64,000 bases of DNA, taken from Dehalococcoidia bacterium (GTDB taxonomy: Bacteria > Chloroflexota > Dehalococcoidia > Lucifugimonadales > UBA826). This document shows positions 20,283-30,080 of the stretch, one piece after another (positions within the stretch are counted from its first letter, which is position 1; each line of letters opens with the position of its first letter). A program made the translations under genes and the position numbers. The DNA lies in NCBI GenBank assembly GCA_029936675.1, contig JAPYSB010000007.1:2520-66519 (forward strand). Direction: 5' to 3'. The notes under the pieces were generated by a model. It had not been told where the DNA came from and made no database searches. It saw nothing but the letters and a program-made list of their open reading frames with translations.

Positions 20283-20372
20283 CTAGAGTTTACACAAGTC
20301 CTTTATCGGCAGCTGACTTAAGCTACTAAAATAATAATAAAAGTGTGTGTGTTTATAGAATTTATTTTCCAT
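20283..20372 (-). CDS. Phe/Tyr-rich leader peptide MENKFYKHTHFYYYFSSLSQLPIKDLCKL
   Basis: Manual translation. Seven of the first 15 codons are Phe or Tyr, including the run FYYYF, and the ORF precedes the terminator and the DAHP synthase. Confidence 0.85.
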   Translation of the reverse strand: MENKFYKHTHFYYYFSSLSQLPIKDLCKL

Positions 20373-20382
20373 AGCATGCCGG

Positions 20383-20411
20383 ATAGTATACTCTTTCACA
20401 AATGGTGTCAA
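20383..20411 (-). promoter_or_regulatory. Sigma70-type promoter for the leader and DAHP synthase
   Basis: TTGACA (20411-20406), 17-nt spacer, TACTAT (20388-20383). Confidence 0.7.
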
Positions 20412-20443
20412 TAAATCTCTAACCCAAATTAAGAAGCATAAAT

Positions 20444-21421
20444 ATGTCTAATATCCCTTCTGAAATGATTCCTTGTTGCGCGGCATCCAGGAACTCCAAG
20501 TTGCCCATTTATACCTCTAAAGTGCGAGGGACTAAAAAATCTCAACCGGAATTCATTAACCCAAAAAACATGGCCACCATTACAGGTGGCACATTTCAGA
20601 TGGGTGCTGATTACGAGTTCGGCTTTCCAGGTGATGGAGAAGGGCCAATAAAGGAAGTGAGACTGGATTCCTTCCTAATTGACATCACCGCTGTTACAAA
20701 CAGGAATTTTGCTGACTTCGTAAAAGAAACAAAATACAAAACCGACGCGGAGCAATTTGGCTGGTCATTTGTATTTTATAAATTCATTGCTCCCCGAAAT
20801 GCGCGATCTGCCAATCAATCTCCTGCGGGTACCCCGTGGTGGAGAAGAGTAGACGGGGCGTCTTGGAAACACCCAGAAGGTACTGGTTCCAATATAAGAA
20901 CTAGAATGAGCCACCCGGCTGTCCATATCTCATGGAATGATGCAACTGAGTTTGCCTCTCACTACGGAAAACGTCTGCCAACTGAAGCAGAATGGGAATT
21001 TGCAGCACGTGGTGGCGAAAAACAACAATTATACCCTTGGGGAAATGAACTCCATCCAGAAGGCCAACACATGTGCAATATATGGCAAGGGGAATTTCCA
21101 ACCATCAACTCGGAAGATGACGGATTTGCAGGCACTGCTCCGGCCAAAAATTATCCTCCAAACGGCTATGGGTTGTATAACGTAGTCGGGAACGTATGGG
21201 AATGGCAGCAAGATTGGTTCAGCAATTCCTCCAACGACATGGATGCCAAATACGACCCTAAGGGTCCGGATTTTGGTACATCAAAAACCATAAAAGGAGG
21301 CTCCTACCTCTGCCACGAATCATATTGTAATCGCTATCGGGTGGCCGCCAGAAGTTCAAATACACCGGATAGTTCCACCGGCAATCTGGGATTTAGATGT
21401 GTTTCCGACATTAAAACCTAA
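20444..21421 (+). CDS. Formylglycine-generating enzyme (sulfatase-modifying factor)
   Basis: Motifs RLPTEAEWEFAARGG and GNVWEW, with the catalytic GGSYLCHESYCNRYRVAAR retaining both Cys. Confidence 0.92.
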   Translation: MSNIPSEMIPCCAASRNSKLPIYTSKVRGTKKSQPEFINPKNMATITGGTFQMGADYEFGFPGDGEGPIKEVRLDSFLIDITAVTNRNFADFVKETKYKTDAEQFGWSFVFYKFIAPRNARSANQSPAGTPWWRRVDGASWKHPEGTGSNIRTRMSHPAVHISWNDATEFASHYGKRLPTEAEWEFAARGGEKQQLYPWGNELHPEGQHMCNIWQGEFPTINSEDDGFAGTAPAKNYPPNGYGLYNVVGNVWEWQQDWFSNSSNDMDAKYDPKGPDFGTSKTIKGGSYLCHESYCNRYRVAARSSNTPDSSTGNLGFRCVSDIKT

Positions 21422-21531
21422 AATTGTCGATAGCGGAACTAAAAACCTTGCGATACAATTTTGCTGGCTGAGCCAGATCCTGAATACTTCAGCAAAGAGT
21501 ATTAGTTCACATTATGCGAATGGGTAGTTAG

Positions 21532-24198
21532 GTGACCAATAAAATGACTAGTGATGAAATAAGGGAAGCCTTCTTAAAATACTTTGAAAATAAAGGACAT
21601 CTCAGAGTCCCAAGCTCATCTTTAATACCCGTCGGTGACCCTACTCTCTTGTTGACAATCGCCGGAATGACTCAATTCAAACCATATTTTTCTGGCCAAC
21701 AGACCCCGCCAAGACAAAGATTGACCTCTGCTCAAAAATGTTTCAGAACCCCGGATATAGATATAGTCGGGGATGCCACTCACAACACATTATTTGAGAT
21801 GTTAGGTAACTTTAGTTTCGGCGACTATTTCAAAAATGAAGCCATTGAATATGCTTTGGGATTTCTAATTGGTGAATTAAATCTCCCAAAGGAAAAACTT
21901 TACATTACTGTCCACCACACGGACGATGAAGCCCAGGAAATATGGGAAAACATCGGGGTTCCCAAGGAACGTATATATCGATTCGGGGATGAAGACAATT
22001 GGTGGGGTCCTCCGATACATGGCAATGAAGGGCCATGCGGGCCATGTAGCGAATTACATTATGATTTTGGATCGGGCAAAGGGTGTCTCAAAAATGACTG
22101 CGCTCCTAATTGTGAAAATCTAATGTCAACTGGTGAAAAATGCACTCGGTTCGTGGAACTATGGAACTTGGTATTCATGCAGTACTACCATCACCCCGAT
22201 GGAACCAGAGAAAAATTACCTGCACCAAGTATTGACACTGGGATGGGTTTGGAAAGAGCCACCATCGTCATGCAAGATGTAGAAACAATGTACGAGACAG
22301 ACATATTCGCTTCTCTGGTAACGCAAGTTTGTTCAATCAGTGGACACAAATATGGGAAAGATTTGGAGACTGATTATGCTATTAGAGCAATTGCAGAACA
22401 TACAAGAAGCTCCACATTTTTGACGGCTGATGGAGTGGTCCCGGGTAACGAAGGCAGGGGTTATGTACTAAGACGAGTTATTCGGAGAGCCATCAGGCTT
22501 GCTCGAAAACTTGGATTGCAGGAATCATTTATGTCACCTATTGCTGAATCCGTGATAGAAAAAATGGGAGTGACATATCCTGAACTATACAACCATAAGG
22601 AATTTATTCTAAGCGTCCTGACATTAGAGGAGGAACGGTTCCAACAGGCTTTCGAGAATGGCTTTACCATGCTAGAGGAAGCTATGGGAAATTCTTCCAC
22701 TTTGGAAGGGGATCTAGTTTTTAAGCTTTGGGATACTTATGGGTTCCCAATGGAAATGACTCAGGAAATAGCTGCAGAGAGAAATATTACGGTGGATATG
22801 GCTGGTTTCGAAAAAGAGATGGAGGCACAGAAAAAACGGGCCCGATCTCACGCACAATTCGATGGCGATCACGCGCGAGTTCGTTTATACGAAGAGTTAG
22901 GGGTTGGTAATACTAATTTCACCGGCTATGAAACACTGGACGGGAAAAGCGTTGTAGTCGGATTAATTTCAATGGGCCTATCTGTTGCCGAAGTTTCGCA
23001 AGGTCAAGAATTGGAGATGATTTTACAAGAAACTCCATTTTATGCCGAGGGAGGCGGACAGGTGGGGGATGGTGGCACCATTGGTAACTCCGAATGTGAA
23101 ATGGCAGTGCACGACACAAAAGAGTCAATCCCCGGTCTCATTGTGCATTACGGATTTTTGTCAAAAGGAACCATTTCAGTCGGGGACACAGTGCAGAGTC
23201 ATGTTGATCCAACAAGAAGAGATGACACTGCCAGAAACCATACTGCTACCCATATGCTGCACGCCGCCCTGCGACATGTGCTAGGGCCCCATGTAAGACA
23301 GGCAGGGTCCCTTGTTACAGCATCCAGACTCCGATTCGATTTCAGTCATATAAGGGCTGTTACTCCAGAGGAGATGTGGCAGGTGCAATTCCTAGTCAAC
23401 GAAAAAATAAGACATAATGCAGAGATTAATAGGAGTGAAGATACCTACAGCGGAGCAATTGAAAAAGGTGCCCTGGCTTTTTTTGGTGATAAATATGGAG
23501 ACACAGTACGATTGGTAGAAATTGCTAATGGGGATACTTTCAGTTTTGAAGTATGTGGTGGAACCCACGTGAACCAAACTGGTGAAGTTGGAGTTGTATA
23601 TATTTTGGGTGAATCTAGTATTGGCGCAGGCATGAGAAGAATAGAAGCTATCAGTGGCAGAGAGGCAGAGAGGCTTGTTTGGCAAAACATGCAACGAGAT
23701 TCCAGAATCGCGGATATATTGCAAACCACCCCATCGGATATTGAAGACAGGGTAACAGCTATCTCAGAACAAATATCTTCGGCTAATAATCAAATCCAAA
23801 AATTGGAAAGACAAATGTCGGCCTTGGCTGCCACAGCCTTGTTAGATGAGGTACAAATAGTCAACGAAATCAAGATCTTAATATCAGTTACAGAGGATCC
23901 ATCAGCAGAACTATTACGATCAACAGGAGATTGGCTCCGAGACAAGTTAGGGACAGGTGTAGTTGCTATAGGTTCTATAGTAAATGGGAACCCAATGGTA
24001 GTTTGCATGATAACTCCAGATCTGGTCGAAAAGGGTTTGAACGCTGCAAAAATAGTGCAAGAAGTGGCCAAAATAATCGGCGGCGGCGGCGGCGGAAGAC
24101 CCGAATCGGCCCAAGCCGGCGGAAAAGACCCCAATAAATTAAGGGAAGCTTTGTCCATTGTTCCTAGCATGATTTCAGACCTATCTGGAGGAGAGTAG
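21532..24198 (+). CDS. alaS: Alanine--tRNA ligase
   Basis: Motifs GPCGPCSE, ELWNLVFMQY, IDTGMGLER, NHTATH, EVCGGTH and GGGGGGRP. Confidence 0.98.
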   Translation: MTNKMTSDEIREAFLKYFENKGHLRVPSSSLIPVGDPTLLLTIAGMTQFKPYFSGQQTPPRQRLTSAQKCFRTPDIDIVGDATHNTLFEMLGNFSFGDYFKNEAIEYALGFLIGELNLPKEKLYITVHHTDDEAQEIWENIGVPKERIYRFGDEDNWWGPPIHGNEGPCGPCSELHYDFGSGKGCLKNDCAPNCENLMSTGEKCTRFVELWNLVFMQYYHHPDGTREKLPAPSIDTGMGLERATIVMQDVETMYETDIFASLVTQVCSISGHKYGKDLETDYAIRAIAEHTRSSTFLTADGVVPGNEGRGYVLRRVIRRAIRLARKLGLQESFMSPIAESVIEKMGVTYPELYNHKEFILSVLTLEEERFQQAFENGFTMLEEAMGNSSTLEGDLVFKLWDTYGFPMEMTQEIAAERNITVDMAGFEKEMEAQKKRARSHAQFDGDHARVRLYEELGVGNTNFTGYETLDGKSVVVGLISMGLSVAEVSQGQELEMILQETPFYAEGGGQVGDGGTIGNSECEMAVHDTKESIPGLIVHYGFLSKGTISVGDTVQSHVDPTRRDDTARNHTATHMLHAALRHVLGPHVRQAGSLVTASRLRFDFSHIRAVTPEEMWQVQFLVNEKIRHNAEINRSEDTYSGAIEKGALAFFGDKYGDTVRLVEIANGDTFSFEVCGGTHVNQTGEVGVVYILGESSIGAGMRRIEAISGREAERLVWQNMQRDSRIADILQTTPSDIEDRVTAISEQISSANNQIQKLERQMSALAATALLDEVQIVNEIKILISVTEDPSAELLRSTGDWLRDKLGTGVVAIGSIVNGNPMVVCMITPDLVEKGLNAAKIVQEVAKIIGGGGGGRPESAQAGGKDPNKLREALSIVPSMISDLSGGE

Positions 24199-24201
24199 CA
24201 T

Positions 24202-24618
24202 CTGAACCCCGGAAGTATATTGGCTCTAGATGTAGGAACTGTTCGTATAGGGGTAGCTGCCAGTGACCCTACACAGACGATTTCCACTCCACTACGGAGT
24301 CTAACTCGAAAAAACCCATTCTCAAAAATAAGGGAAATATGCTCAGATAGAGGCGTCGTATTGATCCTAATCGGGATGCCGTATTTACCTTCTGGAAAAT
24401 CAGGTACTCAGGCGCAAATAACGGCCGAGTTTATTGATGACCTGAAAATATCTACTGAGATCCCCATACGAACCATAGATGAAAGAATGACAACTATTGA
24501 AGCAAAAACCCGACTTAAAGAGGCAGGTCATAAAAACACCAGCAGGACCAGAAACAAAGGAATCATTGACTCTGCTGCCGCAGCAGTATTGCTGGACGAA
24601 TATATTAGTTCCCTTTAA
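24202..24618 (+). CDS. ruvX: RuvX/YqgF pre-16S rRNA nuclease
   Basis: Motifs ILALDVGTVRIGVA, DERMTT and IDSAAA; lies downstream of alaS. The start is either CTG 24202 (after a GGAGG SD) or TTG 24220. Confidence 0.9.
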   Translation: MNPGSILALDVGTVRIGVAASDPTQTISTPLRSLTRKNPFSKIREICSDRGVVLILIGMPYLPSGKSGTQAQITAEFIDDLKISTEIPIRTIDERMTTIEAKTRLKEAGHKNTSRTRNKGIIDSAAAAVLLDEYISSL

Positions 24619-24625
24619 GAATAAT

Positions 24626-25642
24626 TTAAAATCTTACAACCATCTGCACTTGGGTAGATGGTTTTATTAGGGCTTCAAAAGCTTCCTGTATACCCTCTAT
24701 GGGCAAGAAATCAGTGTCCAGCAGCATTGGTTCCAGGTCAACCTTGCCATTTGATATCAAATCAAGGGCTACTCTCCAATCATAAGGTTCAGCACCAAAA
24801 GTGGTATTTAATTGAATTTCTTTTCCTGCCCAATCAACTGGGAGCATTGGCACACTTTCCCAAGCTAAAGCAACGAGCATAACACTTCCCTTTTTCCGAA
24901 CCATATTTAGAGCCGCATCCAAGGTAGACGGGGCAGCCGCACATTCAAATACAACATGGGGGCCATCTCCCTCTGCCAAATTAACTACCGAGGAGATTAC
25001 ATCCTCACAGGATGGGTCCACAACGGCATCGGCACCCAATTGTAAAGCCGTATCTCTGCGTGTAGCAGAGGGTTCTGAGACTATTATTTTTCGCGCTCCA
25101 GCAGCTCTCGCAGCTTGCATAGTTAGTAAACCGATCGGGCCGGCACCCAAAACAGCTACGACATCGCCTAATTTCATATTTGACAATCTGACTGCCCTGA
25201 CTGCAACTGAACAGGGTTCCGTCAGTGCTGCCTTTAAATCACTAACGTTGTCAGGAATCGACAAAGGTGTCCAATCATTCAACAAAGTGAATTCGGAGTA
25301 TCCTCTTTTCCGGGTGTCGGAAAATCCTTCTAATCGGTAGTTGTATTGTTCCTGCCTTCTCAAGGGGGCTTCCAAACCTGGTGGAGGTGTGCCACCGCCC
25401 CCAATGACTCTGTCGCCTTCTTTCCACATGGTAACTCCCGGGCCCACGGCGGCTACAGAGCCGCTAAATTCATGTCCCATTACAGTGCCAGCTGGAGCAA
25501 TATCATAAAGAAAAGCATGAACATCAGTCCCACAAATGGCACTATAACTAACTTTCACTAAAATTTCCCCTGGCCCAGGCTCAGGAACAGGTAGGTCTTC
25601 AATAACAAGTTCCTGTTTTCCTTTGTATACAGCTGCTTTCAT
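24626..25642 (-). CDS. Zinc-binding (MDR) alcohol dehydrogenase
   Basis: Motifs CGTDVH, GHE and GAGPIG. Start set at MKAAVY, which follows a GGGAG SD. Confidence 0.9.
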   Translation of the reverse strand: MKAAVYKGKQELVIEDLPVPEPGPGEILVKVSYSAICGTDVHAFLYDIAPAGTVMGHEFSGSVAAVGPGVTMWKEGDRVIGGGGTPPPGLEAPLRRQEQYNYRLEGFSDTRKRGYSEFTLLNDWTPLSIPDNVSDLKAALTEPCSVAVRAVRLSNMKLGDVVAVLGAGPIGLLTMQAARAAGARKIIVSEPSATRRDTALQLGADAVVDPSCEDVISSVVNLAEGDGPHVVFECAAAPSTLDAALNMVRKKGSVMLVALAWESVPMLPVDWAGKEIQLNTTFGAEPYDWRVALDLISNGKVDLEPMLLDTDFLPIEGIQEAFEALIKPSTQVQMVVRF

Positions 25643-25729
25643 GTCATCACTCCCAAAATCAATGATATTAAATGAGTGCATTATAAATACCTAAGTCAAT
25701 AAAAGGGGAAAATTAAAAAAGGGAAAATT

Positions 25730-25772
25730 AAAAGCCAGCGGCGTCCTAAGAAAATCTTAGGGCGCCGCTGGC
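25730..25772 (-). terminator. Intrinsic terminator after acpP
   Basis: 18-bp near-perfect GC-rich inverted repeat (25734-25751 / 25755-25772) followed by a T-rich tract on the minus strand. Confidence 0.85.
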
Positions 25773-25807
25773 CTGTTTATAGAGTGCAGGTAAGTCGTGA
25801 AAGTGAC

Positions 25808-26062
25808 CTAGTCCTCTACACCCTTATCCCGTAGGTAATCGATGGCTGCCTGAACCGTAGTTATTGATTCGGCGTCTTCGTCAGATATTTCTATTTCAAT
25901 ATCATCAGAACTAAATTCTTCCTCAAAAGCCATTATCAATTCAACCAAGTCAAGTGAATCTGCGTTCAAATCATCTGTAAACGAAGCTCCAGGCAAAACT
26001 TCAGCCTCATCTACACTTAATTTTTCTGCTACAACAGCTTGAACTTTTTCAAGTAGCGACAT
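25808..26062 (-). CDS. acpP: Acyl carrier protein
   Basis: Motif [20 protein letters not shown]. Confidence 0.97.
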   Translation of the reverse strand: MSLLEKVQAVVAEKLSVDEAEVLPGASFTDDLNADSLDLVELIMAFEEEFSSDDIEIEISDEDAESITTVQAAIDYLRDKGVED

Positions 26063-26090
26063 TTGATGCCTCCATTTTATTTATTACGTT

Positions 26091-26522
26091 CTAAACAGTG
26101 ATACCAACTTTCATATAAGACCCAAGAACCCCATTGACAAAGCTAGGAGAATTTTCTGACCCAAATCTTTTTGCCAGCTCCACGGCTTCGTTAAGCACCG
26201 CCTTTTCAGGAACTTTGTCTTTACACCATACTAATTCTGCAATTGCCATTCGAAGAATATTGCGATCCACTATTGCTATTTGCATCAAAGGCCAATCTGG
26301 AGCTAACTCACTGATTATAGTATCGATTGAGGCGAAGTTTTCAAGTACATTTGCAACTATGTCACCAGCAAATATGTGAAAGTTATTTTCAAATTCATAT
26401 CGGTTAAAACCCCTTTCAAGAACCTCCATTGCATCATGACCTACAGAGTCATATTCGCACAAAGCTTGCAGACCCAACACTCTGGCTTCTCTTCTACTAT
26501 AGATACGGGATTTATATTCCAT
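26091..26522 (-). CDS. nusB: Transcription antitermination factor NusB
   Basis: Motifs RREAR..LQAL, VDRNILR and NEAVELAKRFG...FVNGVLG. Confidence 0.96.
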   Translation of the reverse strand: MEYKSRIYSRREARVLGLQALCEYDSVGHDAMEVLERGFNRYEFENNFHIFAGDIVANVLENFASIDTIISELAPDWPLMQIAIVDRNILRMAIAELVWCKDKVPEKAVLNEAVELAKRFGSENSPSFVNGVLGSYMKVGITV

Positions 26523-26541
26523 TTCAACTACGAGTTCTTCG

Positions 26542-27492
26542 CTAATTCCTACTAATTGCTACAATAGACTCTATATCATTGATACTAGATACATTCGCAG
26601 CTCTATCAATCTTTTTTACCATTCCCCCTAAAGCCCGCCCTGGTCCTATCTCGAGAAAATTTGTTATACCTGACTTTATCATGAAGTCAACAGATTTTTT
26701 CCATTGCACACACCCTGAGATTTGAGTTATCAATTCTCCTTTTATTTCATCACCTGTTTGGAGGGGGTTCCCTGTACAATTGGCTACAATAGGGACTTCT
26801 GGATCATTGAATTTCAGCCCATCGATGAATTCCATAAGGCCAGCTTTCGCAGGCTCCATTAACCCAGAATGAAAAGCCCCTCCAACTTTCAAAGGAATTA
26901 CTTTTTTCGCTCCCCTAGCATTTGCCATATCCATAGCTCTAGCTACAGCAATTTTTCCCCCACTTATCACGATTTGTTCTTGAGTGTTGATATTTGATAT
27001 ATATACGCCAGATTCCCTCGCTATTTCCTGTAACACCATTTCATCCAACCCCAAAATTGCGGCCATAGTCCCCGGGTTTGAATCGCAAGCATTTTGCATC
27101 AGTTCCCCTCGTTCTTGAACTAGCAAAGCCGTGTCCATAACTGACAAAACTCCTGACGCCGCAAGAGCCGTATACTCGCCAAGGCTATGTCCTGCCATTA
27201 GGTATGGAACAGGCATGAATTCTTGCGTAATATTTTCTTTCATCGCTTCCATACAAGCCAAACTCACTGCCATGATTCCGGGTTGGGCATTCTTGGTCTC
27301 CCGCAAATCATCTTCCGAACCTTCAAACATGATTTTAGATAGAGGCCTACCTAAAGCTTCATCGACCATCTCAAACACTTGCCTGCCGGAGTCCGAACCT
27401 TCGTAAAGCTCCAACCCCATTCCGACAGATTGAGCACCCTGACCAGGGAATAGAAAAGCTGTCTTGGAATTTCTTGCAAAGGTGAGTGTCAT
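26542..27492 (-). CDS. fabD: Malonyl-CoA:ACP transacylase
   Basis: Motifs FPGQGAQ, GHSLGEY and GAFHS. Confidence 0.96.
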   Translation of the reverse strand: MTLTFARNSKTAFLFPGQGAQSVGMGLELYEGSDSGRQVFEMVDEALGRPLSKIMFEGSEDDLRETKNAQPGIMAVSLACMEAMKENITQEFMPVPYLMAGHSLGEYTALAASGVLSVMDTALLVQERGELMQNACDSNPGTMAAILGLDEMVLQEIARESGVYISNINTQEQIVISGGKIAVARAMDMANARGAKKVIPLKVGGAFHSGLMEPAKAGLMEFIDGLKFNDPEVPIVANCTGNPLQTGDEIKGELITQISGCVQWKKSVDFMIKSGITNFLEIGPGRALGGMVKKIDRAANVSSINDIESIVAISRN

Positions 27493-27525
27493 ATTAATGT
27501 CCTTTAGTAAGCTACGCCCGAGATC

Positions 27526-27717
27526 TTATACAACTGTTTGATCAGAGTTGGTCACGTTACGGCCATTATAAGTGCCACAGCTCAAGCATGCCCTGTGGGG
27601 CATGCGAGGAAGATGACACTGAGGGCAATTAGAAAGTGAGGCAGGTTTTATAGCATTATGAGCATTCCGGCCGCCTTTTCTTTTCCTGGAGTGTTTTTTC
27701 TTGGGTAGTGGTGGCAT
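27526..27717 (-). CDS. rpmF: 50S ribosomal protein L32
   Basis: PKKKHSRKR...CPQC...PHRACLSCGTY. Confidence 0.96.
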   Translation of the reverse strand: MPPLPKKKHSRKRKGGRNAHNAIKPASLSNCPQCHLPRMPHRACLSCGTYNGRNVTNSDQTVV

Positions 27718-27734
27718 GTTAGTTCCCTTGTTTA

Positions 27735-28280
27735 TTATTCCGTTGGCCTAAAAGACTCTAATAGAGCAGCCAATTTAGTATTTTTTTTGTTATTTCTGCA
27801 ATTACATTTTTCTTCATTGAGGTTTATACCGCAATCTATGCACAACCCTTTACAATGTTCCTTGCATTTAGAATTGATAGATGCGTGCAATGAAGTATAT
27901 TGGCACACCGCATCAGATAAATCCAATACATTATCTTCTCCGATATAAAAATTGTCTTCACCAATTCCTTCTAATTCATTTCTTTCACCAGTAACTAAAT
28001 TAAACAACGGGAAGTACTCTTCCTCTATCGCTAAACCTAAGGGTTCAATATATTGGTCTAGACAATTCCCGCATTGCCTACCGATTTTAGCCGACAAACA
28101 AGCACTTACCCATACTCCTACATCAGTTTTGGTAAGTAAAACTGAACCATCAACATCGCACTTAAATTCAGACCGACCCATTTTGATGGTACCGCTTACA
28201 CTTTCTAACTTTTTGTTACCACTACTCGCCTTTAGCAAGGTAGCTACTTTAAAGTCCATAGCACGCCTCATGGTGTCCAT
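27735..28280 (-). CDS. YceD/DUF177 family protein
   Basis: CGNCL and CKEHCKGLCIDCGINLN motifs; lies upstream of rpmF. Confidence 0.88.
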   Translation of the reverse strand: MDTMRRAMDFKVATLLKASSGNKKLESVSGTIKMGRSEFKCDVDGSVLLTKTDVGVWVSACLSAKIGRQCGNCLDQYIEPLGLAIEEEYFPLFNLVTGERNELEGIGEDNFYIGEDNVLDLSDAVCQYTSLHASINSKCKEHCKGLCIDCGINLNEEKCNCRNNKKNTKLAALLESFRPTE

Positions 28281-28484
28281 TCAAAGAAATAATTCAAACA
28301 AACACTATATCTTTGGCAAGGGAACTCGGTCAACCAGAATACAAGCTATTTTCAATCAATTATTTAACACTTAATGTATTTAGAATAAAAGTGTTTGAAA
28401 ATCCGTTAAGGTTAGATTACATTGACTGAAGTAACAAAAATATCCCATGGAACCTACCAACTACCCGATGAAAAAGGCAAAACA

Positions 28485-29975
28485 ATGACATCTCCAGAAA
28501 AAACCTATGACGTAGTGATAGTGGGGGCGGGAAACGCCGCCTTAACTTCAGCACTATCTGCGGCATCAAAAGGTGCGAAAGTGGCAATTCTCGAAAAAGC
28601 CCCTGAACACCTACGAGGAGGTAATTCTTATTTCACAGGTGGGCTTTTCCGATTTGCATACAATGGGATAGAAGATATTTCAAAGTTATTACCTGAAATA
28701 ACATCAGAAGAAAAACAAAATATAGATGTGGGATCTTACAATGAATCTGAATTTTATTCTGATGTTATGAGGGTTACTGAAGGTTTGTCAGACCCTTCCT
28801 TACTTCAAATACTAACATCTCAATCATTCCTCACCATGCTATGGATGCGAAATCAGGGGGTCCCATGGATACTTGCCTACGGCAGACAAGCTTTTAAACA
28901 TGAGGGTAAACAAAAATTCTGGGGAGGATTGATTGTAGAAGCAGTCGGTGGAGGTAAGGGATTGTCCGATAGGCTTTTTGAATTGGTTGAACGAAACAAT
29001 ATCGAAGTACTGTATCAAACTAGCGGCACAGATTTATCGGTCGATCAACAAGGACACATCGAAGGAGTAATTGCAAAATCAAAATCTGGATACGAGAAAA
29101 TCTCCTGTAAATCAGTTGTGCTTGCTTGTGGAGGCTTTGAAGCAAACTCAGAGATGCGAACCAGATATTTAGGACCAGGTTGGGAACTAGCAAAGGTTAG
29201 AGGAACCCAATATAACACCGGTGATGGTATAAATATGGCTCTCCGAATCGGGGCACAATCTCACGGGCACTGGAGTGGGTGCCATGCGGTTGCTTGGGAT
29301 TTAAATGCACCTCCTCACGGTGATAGAAATGTGGGAGACCTTTTTCAAAAACACTCTTACCCATTTGGACTGATAGTAAATGTTGAAGGAGAAAGATTTG
29401 TCGATGAAGGTGCGGATTTGAGAAATTACACCTATGCAAAATACGGCCGCGAAATATTAAAACAACCTCAAAGGGTTGCCTTTCAACTTTTTGACCAAAA
29501 GACTAAACATCTATTAAGAGATGAATATTTTATTCCCCAAATGACGATGGCGGAAGCTGAAACAATAGAAGAATTGGCTGTCGGGTTAGACATTAACCCT
29601 GGACAGTTACAAATAACTGTCCAGGAATTCAATGGGGCAGTCCAAGACGGTGATTTTAATCCTACCGCTCTTGACGGGAAGCACACTGAGGGAATTACCC
29701 CCCCAAAGTCCAACTGGGCGCAAAAATTAGATAAACCTCCTTATTTAGGGTATGCAGTAACCTGTGGAATAACATTTACATTTGGTGGTCTGAAAATAGA
29801 TACGAACACACAAGTCCAAGACAATTCTGATATGCCCATACCTGGGCTTTACGCTGCAGGGGAACTCACTGGAGGGTTGTTTTACAACAACTATCCTGGA
29901 GGATCCGGTCTAATGTCCGGCGCAGTATTTGGGAAAATAGCCGGTGAGAATGCCGCAAAGGAAGCCTTAATTTAG
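28485..29975 (+). CDS. tcuA: FAD-dependent tricarballylate dehydrogenase TcuA-like flavoprotein
   Basis: Motifs VVIVGAGNAA, RGGNSYFT, GGFEAN...LGPGWELAKVRGT, RFVDEGAD.RNYTYAKYG and GITFTFGGL. The start may be 28422 or 28485. Confidence 0.8.
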   Translation: MTSPEKTYDVVIVGAGNAALTSALSAASKGAKVAILEKAPEHLRGGNSYFTGGLFRFAYNGIEDISKLLPEITSEEKQNIDVGSYNESEFYSDVMRVTEGLSDPSLLQILTSQSFLTMLWMRNQGVPWILAYGRQAFKHEGKQKFWGGLIVEAVGGGKGLSDRLFELVERNNIEVLYQTSGTDLSVDQQGHIEGVIAKSKSGYEKISCKSVVLACGGFEANSEMRTRYLGPGWELAKVRGTQYNTGDGINMALRIGAQSHGHWSGCHAVAWDLNAPPHGDRNVGDLFQKHSYPFGLIVNVEGERFVDEGADLRNYTYAKYGREILKQPQRVAFQLFDQKTKHLLRDEYFIPQMTMAEAETIEELAVGLDINPGQLQITVQEFNGAVQDGDFNPTALDGKHTEGITPPKSNWAQKLDKPPYLGYAVTCGITFTFGGLKIDTNTQVQDNSDMPIPGLYAAGELTGGLFYNNYPGGSGLMSGAVFGKIAGENAAKEALI

Positions 29976-30080
29976 AGTATTCTTGACCAAATTCACATAT
30001 AAATCTAAAGTATGGGTTCTTGCTACGATAATAAAACTATCGATTGACCTAGATTAGTCAATATAGGGGAGAATCTCATA

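Noticed and set aside
21422-21531. Possible T-box leader upstream of alaS
   Set aside because: The region is too short and lacks the GGTGGnACCGCG T-box sequence and a terminator.
25700-25733. Short direct repeats (GGGAAAATTAAAA x2; also TTTTTGCTAC x2 near 20180)
   Set aside because: There are only two low-complexity copies with no spacers, so this is not a CRISPR array or an iteron set.
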